Shown here piece by piece: positions 1-11,500 of a stretch of DNA of 64,000 nt. Each line of letters begins with the position of its first letter. The first letter of the stretch is position 1. The notes below the pieces were generated by a model, which worked only from the letters and a program-made list of their open reading frames with translations, searched no databases and had not been told where the DNA came from. This stretch comes from Mobula hypostoma (taxonomy: Eukaryota): NCBI RefSeq assembly GCF_963921235.1, contig NC_086097.1, positions 99,884,001 through 99,948,000 of the forward strand, in the 5' to 3' direction. Position numbers and translations under genes: made by a program.

Positions 1-82
1 TTTGCTAGCCCTTTCTACATCTGATGCCTCAATGAGGACTGCCTCATGGACCTCCAGTTTCCTCCTCCTGAAGTCAATAATC

Positions 83-703
83 CCACAATATCAAGATCGG
101 AAATACAAACATCAAACAAGTCAACAAATTCAGATATCTTGGCAGCCTAATAACAAGTAATGGCAGGTGTGACACAGATATCAAATACAGAATAGCAATG
201 GCGAAAGAAGCTTTCCAAAAAATGAGGACCATATTAACAGACAGAAAGATGAGCATGTACACTAAAAACAGAATACTGCAGTGCTACATTTATTCTATCC
301 TGACTTATGGAAGTGAGTGCTGGATCATTTCTCCAGCAATGGAAAAGAGACTAGAAGCAGCTGAATTATGGTTCTACAGGAGAACATTAAAAATATCATG
401 GACCACACACACATCAAATGAAGAAGTTCTCAGAAGAGCCCAAACAGTTCGATCACTCATACCAACAATAAGAGAAAGACAACTCAGATTCCTAGGACGC
501 ATCATGTGGAAAGATGAGCTAGAAAAACTCATACTCTCTGGAAAGATTGAGGGGAGTAAACCTAGAGGAAGACCTCGGCTTATGTACATCAAAAGCATTG
601 CCAGGTGGCTACACATTGAGGAAATGGAAGTCATCCAAAAAATGAAGGATAGATCTATATGGAAAACCATGGTCACCAGATATGGTACCTAGACAGACAG
701 ATG
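83..703 (+). mobile_element. 5'-truncated RTE-clade LINE, 3' end
   Basis: ORF 198-692 has RTE C-terminal motifs (LTYGSECW, FLGRI, GKIEGSKPRGRP) and an (AGAC)n tail. 13-bp TSD gaagtcaataatc at 70-82 and 704-716. Confidence 0.88.
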
Positions 704-1150
704 GAAGTCAATAATCAGCTCATTGATCTTGCTGACATTGAGTGAGAGGTTGTTGTTGTGGCATCACTCAACCAGCATTCCAATCACCCAAATTGTCCAA
801 TGGCAGCGGTGTCATCAGCAACTCAAATATGACATTCGAGCTGTGATTAGCTCACAGTCATGTATAAAGTGAGTAGAACAGGGGGCTAAGAACACAGTCT
901 TGTGGTGCACCTGTGTTGATGGAGATTGTGGAGGAGATGTTGTTGCCAATCTGAAATGACTAGGTCTGTGAGTGAGGAAAATAAGGATCCAATTGCACAA
1001 GGAGGTATCAAGGCTGAGGTCTTGAAGCTTATTGATTAGTTTTGAGAGGATGAAAGTATTGAATGCTGAGCTGTAGTTGATAAACAGCATCCTGATGTAC
1101 AGATCATTGCTGTCCAGATGTTTCAGGGTTGAGTGAAAAGACAATGGGGA
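704..1150 (-). mobile_element. Rex1/Babar-type LINE RT fragment
   Basis: RMLFINYSSAFNT and SLCNWILIFLTHRP motifs; degenerate. Confidence 0.75.
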
Positions 1151-1939
1151 GATGAATAGGTTGCTTGAACCCGCTCTGACTTTTAATAATGAATGACCTG
1201 ATATATGGTCTGAACTCCAGCCCATAATCAATTATTCCCTCTAGTTTTAAAGTACACTGCTTTACTGTCTTATCCCCTTGTCTGTTGTTTCTCTAACATC
1301 AGAATCTAGTGATCTTTGTTTTGAACACAATCAAGGACTGAGCCACCATAGCCCTCCGTAGTACAGAATTCTAAGGATTCACTACCCTAAGAGTCCTGAA
1401 TGTGGACTCCTTATTGACCCCTAGTTCTATAGTCATCATTCAAGGGAAAATATCCTTTGAGTATCTACCCCGTTCTGCCCTTTAGTGATTTTGTGTGTTT
1501 CAAATCACACCAGCTCCCATTCTTCCTGACTAAAGTCTTTAAGTCAGTCAATTCAATCTCCCCTCATATGACAGACCTGCTATGCCAGGAACCAATATCA
1601 CTACACTCTACCTAAAATAAATATAAACTGGTTTTAATTAAGGAAACATAAATTGTACACAATTCTCCAGATCCTGTGGAATTGTATAAGACATTTTTTA
1701 CTCAAATCGTCTTGTCATTAAATCATGGAGGCATACAACATGGAAACTGGGATGTTAGCCCAACGCATCCATGACAATCAAATTACTTACCAGTCCCTGT
1801 TGCTTGCTTTTAGCCCAAATCCCTCTGAATCTTGCCTACCCATGCATCTGTCCAAATGCCTTTTAAATATCACAATTGAACCCACTTGTATCACTTGCTT
1901 TGGCAATTCTTTCCACGTACCCAGCATCCTTTGTGTGGA

Positions 1940-3655
1940 CAACACACACCAAAGTTGCTGGTGAACGCAGCAGGCCAGGCAGCATCTGTAGGAAGAGGTA
2001 CAGTCGACGTTTCAGGCCGAGACCCTTCGTCAGGACTAACTGAAGGAAGAGTGAGTAAGGGATTTGAAAGTTGGAGGGGGAGGGGGAGATCCAAAATGAT
2101 AGGAGAAGACAGGAGGGGGAGGGATGGAGCCAAGAGCTGGACAGGTAATTGGCAAAGGGGATATGAGAGGATCATGAGACAGGAGGCCCAGGGAGAAAGA
2201 CGGGGGGGGGAGGCGGAACCCAGAGGATGGGCAAGGGGTATAGTTAGAGGGACAGAGGGAGAAAAGGAGAGTGAGAGAAAGAATGTATGTATAAAAATAA
2301 ATAACGGATGGGGTATGAGGGGGAAGTGGGGCATTAGCGGAAGTTAGAGAAGTCAATGTTCATGCCATCAGGTTGGAGGCTACCCAGACAGAATATAAGG
2401 TGTTGTTCCTCCAACCTGAGTGTGGCTTCATCTTTACAGTAGAGGAAGCCGTGGATAGACATGTCAGAATGGGAATGGGATGTGGAATTAAGATGTGTGG
2501 CCACTGGGAGATCCTGCTTTCTCTGGCGGACAGAGCGTAGGTGTTCAGCAAAGCGGTCTCCCAGTCTGCGTCAGGTCTTGCCAATATATAGAAGGCCACA
2601 TCGGGAGCAATGGACGCAGTATATCACCCCAGCCAACTCACAGGTGAAGTGTTGCCTCACCTGGAAGGACTGTCTGGGGCCCTGAATAGTGGTAAGGGAG
2701 GAAGTGTAAGGGCATGTGTAGCACTTGTTCCGCTTACACGGATAAGTGCCAGGAGGGAGATCGGTGGGGACGAATGGACAAGGGAGTCGCACAGGGACCG
2801 ATCCCTGCAGAAAGCAGGCGGGGGGGAGGGAAAGATGTGCTTAGTTGTGGGATCCCGTTGGAGGTGGCTGAAGTTACGGAGAATAATATGTTGGACCTGG
2901 AGGCTGGTGGGGTGGTAGGTGAGGACCAGGGGAACCCTATTCCTAGTAGGGTGGCGGGTGGATGGAGTGAGAGCAGATGTGCGTGAAATGGGGGAGATGC
3001 GTTTGAGAGCAGAGTTGATGGTGGAGGAAGGGAAGCCCCTTTCTTTAAAAAAGGAGGACATCTCCCTTGTCCTGGAATGAAAAACCTCATCCTGAGAGCA
3101 GATGCGGCAGAGACGGAGGAATTGCGAGAAGGGGATGGCATTTTTGCAAGAGACAGGGTGAGAAGAGGAATAGTCCAGATAGCTGTGAGAGTCGGTAGGC
3201 TTATAGTAGACGTCAGTGGATAAGCTGTCTCCAGAGATAGAGACAGAAAGATCTAGAAAGAGGAGGGAGGTATCGGAAATGGATCAGGTAAACTTGAGGG
3301 CAGGGTGAAAGTTGGAGGCAAAGTTAATAAAGTCTACGAGCTCAGCATGCGTGCAGGAAGCAGTGCCAATGCAGTCATCGATGTAGCGAAGGAAAAGTGG
3401 GGGACAGATACCAGAATAGGTACAGAACATAGATTGTTCCACAAAGCCAACAAAAAGGCAGGCATAGCTAGGACCCATACAGGTACCCATAGCTACACCT
3501 TTAGTTTGGAGGAAGTGGGAGGAGCCAAAGGAGAAATTATTAAGAGTAAGGACTAATTCCGCTAGACGGAGCAGAGTGGTGGTAGAGGGGAACTGATTAG
3601 GTCTGGAATCCAAAAAATTCTTGAATTACCAGCATCTGCAGAATTCCTGTTGTTT
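1940..3655 (-). mobile_element. Penelope-like retroelement (RT + GIY-YIG endonuclease, pLTR), inserted in a CR1 fragment
   Basis: RT motifs GVAMGTCMGPSYACLF and RYIDD; GIY-YIG motif VIYCVHCSRCGLLYIGKT. 16-bp TSD gcatcctttgtgtgga at 1924-1939 and 3656-3671. Confidence 0.92.
2002..2037 (-). ncRNA. Minimal type-I hammerhead ribozyme motif in Penelope pLTR
   Basis: Minus strand reads AGUC-CUGACGA-A-GGGU(CUCG)GCCU-GAAA-CG-UC-GACU: catalytic core, stem I, stem II and palindromic stem III. Confidence 0.75.
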
Positions 3656-4609
3656 GCATCCTTTGTGTGGAAAAGTTTCCCCTCTCCTCTCACCTTAAAC
3701 CTACAGTCTATGTATTCTCGTCATCCTAGAGAAAAGACTGTTGGTATTCACCTCATCTATGCACCTCATGATTTTATAAATCTCGATAAGGTCACCTCAT
3801 CTGTCTCCAATGTTCCAGGGAAAAATGTGCTCGCCTATCCAGCCTCTCCTTGTAACTGAAAACCTCTTTTCCTGGTAATATGCATCCTTTTCAGTTTAAT
3901 TACATCTTTCCTACAGCGGGGTGACCAGCCCCTACACATTGTTCCAAATCTGGCCTTATGAGCATCTTTTACAACTGTAACATGATATGCCAGCTCCTGT
4001 GCTGAATATCCCAATTGGTGGACCACCCTTTCTGCATGTGTTGCCAATTTCACATGGACTTCAATTTCGCTGTGTTCTATACATTTCCCAGGGCCTTACC
4101 ATTTACTATGTAAGTTTGCCTTGGATATTCTGACCAAAATGCAACACCTCATATTTATCTGCATTAAACTCTATTTGCCATTTCACAGAGATCAGATTGA
4201 ATCCCATTGTAATCTTAGATAGCATACTGTAGTGAAGGTCAATGTACCACTTGTCTATAGCTACCTGTTTTCTTTTGGTGACTTACTTACAACACCAAGG
4301 CCCCTTTGATGAGTTCCCACTTTTCCACTTAGTACTCCATCTGCCAAGCTCCTGGTCTGCATCCATTTGAAACCTCTTCATGCTCTCATCGCCACTCACC
4401 GTTGTCACTTGGCTTTGTTTCATCAGTAAACTTGATGTCCCAAGAAAAAACTATTGACATAGGTTGGTGACTTAAGTACTGATTCTGCCTGAGAGGAACT
4501 TGTTATTTTTATTATTTATTGTAGGTCTAATAACCAAGCATTTTGGGGTAGCTTTACCCTCCAATTCCTGTAAGAAACCTTGTTAGAAGTCTCTTAAAAA
4601 TCCAATATA

Positions 4610-5340
4610 TCACATCATTGACTTCAGGAAGCAGGACAATGTACAGTATCAATGGTGCTGAGGTGGAGATAGTTGAAAGCTTCAAACTTCTGGATGTAAA
4701 TATCACCAACAAATTGTCCTGGTCCAAATACATGGACGTTGTGGCCAAGGAGGCATCCTAACGCCTCTACTTGCTCAGTAGTCTGAGGAATTGCAACAGG
4801 TTCCTCATGACTCTTAACAAATTTTACAGAAACACATCTGATGCAATTTTTACAGATCTGGATGCACCACTGTCAGAATGGCAGTGGCTCGGGCCAGAAC
4901 GTCAAAACAATTGCTGAGAATTGTGAATCCAGCCCAATGTATCACACAAACCAGCCTTCCCTCCATGGGCTCTGTCTGTACTTCCCTTGGGTGAGCTGAC
5001 AACATAAACAAAGACTCTTCCCACCTCAATCATTCTCTCCTCCCCACTCCCCTCATGTCAGGAAGAAGATGAAGAAGCTTGAGAGCACTTACCATTAGGC
5101 TCAAGGGCAGCTCTTATCCCGCTGAGTGGATCCCTCGTATACTGAAAGATCAACTCTTCATCTCCCAATCTTCTTCGTCATGACCTTTGCACTTTATGTG
5201 CCTACCTGCATTCCCCTTTCTCAGTGACTGTAGCACTATATTCTACATTCTGTTTTATGTAATGATGTTTGACATGATCAGAATGGATGGTGTTTCACTG
5301 TATTTCAGTACACGTGACAATAATAAACAGTTCAATGTTC
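4610..5340 (+). mobile_element. Rex1/Babar LINE 3' fragment
   Basis: Degenerate FKLLDVNIT, RLYLL and RLKGS motifs; 3' end tgacaataataaac. Confidence 0.65.
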
Positions 5341-5959
5341 AAAGTGAATTTTACCATGAAAGTACCTGTCACTGTATACAACTCTGAGACTCATTCTCTT
5401 CTGGGCATACCCAGCAAATCTACAGAACAGTAACTATAACAGGATCAATGAATGATCAACCAGAGTGCAGAAGACAACAAACTGTGTAAATGCAAATGTA
5501 ATAAATAGCAATAAATAATGAGATCATGAGATCAAGAGGGATATATAAATAATGAAGGGCAAGTGAAGTTGACTGTAGTTATCCACTTTTATTCAAGAGC
5601 CTGATGGTTGAGGGGTAGTAACTGTTCTTGAACCTAGTCCTGAAGCTCTTGTACCTTCTATCTATACTGATACTAATTACTATATGTCTCAATATCACAT
5701 TATTACGGATTGTTGGTTCTTTGTTTTCTATCCCTCCTTTCCTAAATAGTATGGTCACATTTGGTCCAATCTGTAGAGGTGATGATAATCAGAGTGTCCA
5801 TTGCCCCCATAACCACCCATTTCAAAGGGATCAAGTCATCAGGTATTTGGGATTAATCAGTTTTCAAGATCATTAACTTCATTAATAGCATTTCTTTATT
5901 AACATTAATTTATTTTACTTGCTTGTTTTCATTGGTCCCTTGGTTCTTCAATTTTCCCA

Positions 5960-6235
5960 GGCCTCGATTCTGACCTCAAGGGTTGTCCGTGTGGAGCCTG
6001 CACATTCTCCCTGTGAGCACTTGGGTTTCTTCCAAGTACTCTGGTTTCCACCCTCATCCCAAAGCCTTGGGGCCAGTAGATTAATTGGCTGCTGTAAGTT
6101 GTTCCTGGAGGGTGGGTGAGGAGTAGAATCTGGAGGGAGAATAAAATGGGATTGATGTGAATGGCTGATTATTGGTTAGCAGAAACTTGATGAGCCAAAG
6201 GGCTGTTCCCATGCCGCAAGGAGTTATGGCTCTAT
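5960..6235 (+). mobile_element. V-SINE (HE1-like), degenerate
   Basis: V-domain-like gtgtggagcctgcacattctccctgtg...ctggtttccaccc followed by a CR1-like tail. Confidence 0.65.
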
Positions 6236-6545
6236 GTTGCGGCAAAATAAAGCTGAGAGATCAGATCAGTAGGTAATTCAAAAATGCTCAACGGGTCAGG
6301 CTACAGCTGTAGGGCATCTATTTTTATAGCCTCCCAAGAGTTGAAATGAGTACTCTCTGGAATGTTTTGCTGTGATTTGATTGAATGCTCTAAGATATTA
6401 AGGAGAAATAATGAAATTCCATTTGGTAGGGAGTATAAGACAAGGGAATGTAGTTTAACAATCTGGAACCAGTCTTTTAGGTGTGAAGGATCATATATTC
6501 AATATGATCTAATTCTGAAGCTCTGATAATTGGCAATGAGATAGT

Positions 6546-6910
6546 GTTATGGAAAGGCATGGACAGAGTGGATGTGGCAAAGTTGTTTCCCATGATGGGG
6601 GAGTCTAGTACGAGAGAGCATGACTTAAGGATTGAAGGGCGCCCATTCAGAACAGAAACGCGAAGAAATTTTTTTAGCCAGAGGGTGGTGAATCTATGGA
6701 ATTTGTTGCCATGGGCAGCAGTGGAGGCCAAGTCATTGGGTGTATTTAAGGCAGAGATTGATAGGTATCTGAGTAGCCAGGGCATCAAAGGTTATGGTGA
6801 GAAGGCGGGGGAGTGGGACTAAATGGGAGAATGGATCAGTTCACGATAAAATGGCGGAGCAGACTCGATGGGCCGAATGGCTGACTTCTGCTCCTTTGTC
6901 TTATGGTCTT
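6546..6910 (+). mobile_element. CR1 LINE 3' end
   Basis: FFSQRVVNLWNLLP...FKAEIDRYL plus typical CR1 3' UTR. Confidence 0.85.
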
Positions 6911-7044
6911 ACAGTTAATAGAAGTTGTTCACCCACAGGACACAATCACAATCACAATCAGATGCACAATCTCAATCAAAAGCACTTTATATCAGATAGA
7001 CCATTGGAATCGATGTTTTCTTCTGTTGTCCATTAATTTTTGAT

Positions 7045-7299
7045 GTTGACTGAGGCCTGGGCAAGGTTGTATGGAAGACCAGCAGTTGCCCATACTGCAA
7101 ATCTCCCCTCTCCACGCCACCAATGTTGTCCAAGGGAAGGGCATTAGGACCCATACAGCTTGGCACCGGTGTCATCGCAGAGCAATGTGTGGTTAAGTGC
7201 CTTGCTCAAGGACACAACACGCTGCCTCAGTTGAGGCTCGAACTAGCGACCTTCAGATCACTAGACCGACGCCTTAATCACTTGGCCATGTGCCACACA
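7045..7299 (-). mobile_element. tRNA-derived SINE
   Basis: Same family as 25745-26051, with A box TGGCCAAGTGA and B-box-like AGTTCGAGCC on the minus strand. Confidence 0.8.
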
Positions 7300-7611
7300 T
7301 TGGAATCAGTGTAGGATCAAGACAAATAATGAGGATTAATGCAGCCATCCACCAGTGTCTTAGTTGCGTAGCGCCAAGTCAATCAACATTCATCTGTAAC
7401 TTCACTGGTGGGCAGACAGTGCCTCATAGAATGCTACTAAAAGGGACAGTGAAGTGAAGTGATATGGGACACAAGTTCACAGGTGTGCTTCATAGATGAG
7501 CAGTGGAAAACTAGGCACTTACCTGGAGTTAATCTGAGGGATGGCTGGTAGGTAGTAGAGCTACCTGAGGCATTACAGCCTGTGGCAGCCAATGGTGCAA
7601 GCATGCCATAT

Positions 7612-8190
7612 TGAATTGAATTGACTTTATTTCTTACATCCTTCACATACATGAGGAGTAAAATTCTTTACATTACCTCTCCATCTGAATGTGCAATGTG
7701 TAAATTATAGTAATTTGTAATAAGTAGTATGTACGGTAAAATATACAACAGAACAGTCAATATAGCTTAGAAATACAATTGTGTCAGCGTGAATTAATCA
7801 GTCTGATGGCCTGGTGGAGGAAGCTGTCCCGGAGCCTGTTGGTTCTGGCTTTTATGCTGCGGTACTGTTTGCCGGATGGTAGCAGCTGGAACAGTTTGTG
7901 GTTGGAGTGTCTCAGGTCCCCAATGATCCTTTGGGCCTCTTTTACACACCTGTCTTTGTAAATGTCCTAAATAGTGGGAAGTTCACATCTACAGGGCTGT
8001 CCGCACTACTCTCTGCAGAGTCCTGTGATTGAGGGAAGTACAGTTCCCATACCAGGCAGTGATACAGCCAGTCAGAACGCTCTCAATTACGCCGCTATAG
8101 AAAGTCCTTAGGATTTGGGGACTCATGCCAAACTTCTTCAACTGTCTGAGGTGAAAGAGGCGCTGTTGTGCTTTTTACACCACACAGCCA
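7612..8190 (-). mobile_element. Rex1/Babar LINE 3' fragment
   Basis: (CAATT)n tail; very similar to the copy at 53712-54512. Confidence 0.8.
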
Positions 8191-8194
8191 TATG

Positions 8195-11100
8195 TAGGAT
8201 GGGTTCAAATTAGTTTCGCCTGGTGCAAAAGAATTGATCATACTGAAAGGCAGGCCTCTACTCCATCCCATCATTGGATTGAACGTGATTGAACAGATTA
8301 TAAAGGAGAATGATGGAAGAAGATTTAGTGACAGGAGGGGAGAACTTCTATAAGAACAGTAAGAGCTGCATTCCCTAGCCTGAAGAGAAGCAAAATCAGG
8401 GCATTAATCAATCAATCTGATTAGCATTGGGAATCCCTGTGAGTATCAAGTAAAGGCAACAAAGGAGAGAGTTAACATACCAGAACAATGCAGGTTCAAT
8501 GCTATGTACAGTCTCCATACGTGAGAGAAGACAAGATAATGCTCTTTGAGCCAAAAGTGAATCCACCATGGGCAGAAGGCCTTGAGCTGTGTGAAACTCT
8601 CCTAACACCCCAGAGGGGTGCATGTCCGTACATTGTTACTGATGTGCACAACAGAACAGACCTTGATGTCATGCTTGATGAGAAGACAGTGGTCAGGATG
8701 TTGCAACCAGTTATGTCAGTGTTCCCTGTCACTGCGCAGGAAGGCGCTATATTCGACCCAGCCACTCAACACCAAATAGAGGATGATAGGGTGAACTCCA
8801 CTCTAATTTATGGGATCTCCCAGTCGGTATGTGACCCACCTAAATATACAACAGCAGCAAATTGTTAGGCAGATGCTACAAGAAGAATGTCACTTCTTTT
8901 CAAATTCAGACAATGACATTGGATGCATCAAAGGTTTGCAGCGAAGATTCTCTCTCAAAGATTATGAACCAGTTGCCCGCTCTTATATTTAAGTTCCAAA
9001 ACCTCTCTACAACGAAATAAAGGATTACCTTCATGACTTAGTTATCCTTGGATGGATCGAGAAATCTAACTCACCTTACGCTTCGCCAGTCACGTGTGTT
9101 AGAAAGAAAGATGGAAGCCTTCGTCTTTGTATTGATTATAGGGACCTGAATAGGAAAATGATTTCTGAATGCCAGCCCGTTCCTTGAGTGCAAGACATTA
9201 TGGACAGCTTAGGGGGTAATGCTTGGTTTTCGTTACTTGACCAGGGGAAAGCATACCTCCGAGGATTCATGATGAAGGAAAGCAGGCGACTAACAGCCTT
9301 CATACCCCCTGGGGATGTATGAGTTGGTTGGATTTCCTTTTGGACTCATGAATGTGCCTGCAGCCTCGTAACGTTTCATGCCTGAAGGATTAAGAGACGA
9401 AGTCTGTGTACCACACCTGGATGACACACTGGTGTTCACTGAGACCTTCGATGAGCATGTTGATGCGGTGAGAGGAGTGCCACAGCGATTGTGGGTGCAT
9501 GAAGTGAAACTTAAACCCAGCAAGCGTCAGTTCTTCAAGGCAGAGGTTGGCTACCCAGGCAGAATTGTACCAGCAGAGGGAAACCAGATGGACTTTACAG
9601 ACACCATGGCAGTAGCAGCACTGAAGGAGAAGAGGCCAGGCACAGTGGGAGAACTGAGGAAGATTCTGGGTCTATCAGGCAGTACATTAAAGATTTCTCC
9701 TGGATGGCGACCACTCACCCCATGACCTGTTAAAGAGCAGAGATGACTGTGACCAAAATCATTTCAGTAGGGGTAGCATCAGAACGATAAATATGAAGAG
9801 GAACTGTGTGCCCTCTTGCAAACCGATCACTTGGACGGAGACACAACAAGAAGTTTTGGAGAAGTAGATTGACTGCCAAGTACAGCCACCTGGACTTGGA
9901 CCCCCAGACTTTGTACAACCATTTATTTCCACATTGATGCCTCCAATCAGGGGTTGGCAGCAGTTCTGTATCAAAAGCAACTTGGCAAATTAAGAGTCAT
10001 AGCCTATGGTTCACGAACATTGACGAATGCAGAGAAAAACTACCACCTACACAGTGGGAAATTGGAATTCCATGCATTGAGTGGGCAATTACTGAGAAAT
10101 TTAGGGATTACCTTTACTATGCCCTGACATTCACAGTTTGTAACAACAACCCCCTCACGTATGTTCAGCAAAGTTGAATGCAACCGGATATAGATGGGGT
10201 GCTGAACCGGTCGATTTCTACTTCACTATCCTTATTGCCCAGAAAAGAAAATGTTGATGCTGACTCTTTGTCCTGAATGCTGGTAGCCATGGACACGATC
10301 ATGAGTGAGTGCACGGAAGGAATCTTGTCTGATTCAATGGGAGCCACAGTCCAGACCATTGAAGTAGATCACTGAGGTTGTCCATAGATATATTCTTTGG
10401 CCTGAACACTGACATAAGTTCTGCAACCATAGTAAATACTTGGAAAGATGGAAAAGAGGGATGCAAGAAGCCCATCAAGTAAATGCAAAAGGTCTTGGGG
10501 AGAAATAAGAGAAATTATGAGAGCAGAGTGAGATCTACAGAGTCACAGCCTGGGAATTGTGTCCTGGTAAAGAATCTGACACCCCACGGAGGCCTGGGAG
10601 AGCGTCGAAACTATTGGGAGGATTGCATCCATATTGTTGCATGAAAAGTTGGGGAGGATGTGCCAATCTATGAAGTAAAACTTGAACAAGGGAAGGGAAG
10701 ACCCAGTGTACTACATCACAATCTTCTCATGTCATTTGGACCCCTGCCTTTGGATGCTGAACCACAAATAGATACCGCAACAAAGCAAGGGTGCCTGCCG
10801 AAACGGAGCACCCGGCTCGCCCGCCTAAAGAGAGGGAAGAGAGTGAGCCAGCCAGCGACAGTGAGGATGAATATTACTACCAAGTCGAATGTCCCAACCT
10901 CACAGTAGCAAGGACAGCAAAAGTTTTGAAGTAGAGCCTATCCAACCTGCTGAGCAGCAAATGAGGGTTGAGCATTCACAATACTTCCAGCAACAAATGC
11001 CCGAGGAGAAACAGTGGTGGAGTTTGCCTGCATGTGGATGCTGTACCTTCATCAAACCAAGTGACCCAAGTGATTCTCCTGCCAATACCAGTTCCTGTAT

Positions 11101-11500
11101 TTACTCCTGCGAATGATAAGCCAGACAACCAGATGGAGCAACGACAAGGGAGCTCAAAGTTTCCTCAGAGAGAATGACGACCACCAAAATGCTTTACTTA
11201 CGATAGGGTTGGGACCCCCACACGTCACAGCATATAGACTGTAGACTGTTGGCCACATCAGTATCAGGCCTTGCCTTATAGATGTGCAACGTCAATGACT
11301 TCATGGCTAACTGTGCCTCAGTTCCTACATCAACTACCTTTTGCCGACTAGAAACCAAGGAATTGTTTCATACAAGGAAAGTAGTGGTTGCAGGTCTAAC
11401 ACTGGGAAGAGATGTTGGGACAACATCTACTTTTGACGGGGAGTGTGTGACAAGGTTGAAATCTGTTCAGTTTAGCTATAAATAATTGCTTAAGTATTCT
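8195..11500 (+). mobile_element. Degenerate Ty3/gypsy LTR retrotransposon (pol fragments, PPT, start of 3' LTR)
   Basis: Motifs SPYASPVTCVRKKDGSLRLCIDYRDLN, LLDQGKAY, HLDD, RNase H HIDASNQGLAAVLYQ and integrase C-terminus PIYEVK..VLHHNLL. PPT ggggag at 11438 followed by TGTGAC. Many stops and frameshifts. Confidence 0.88.
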
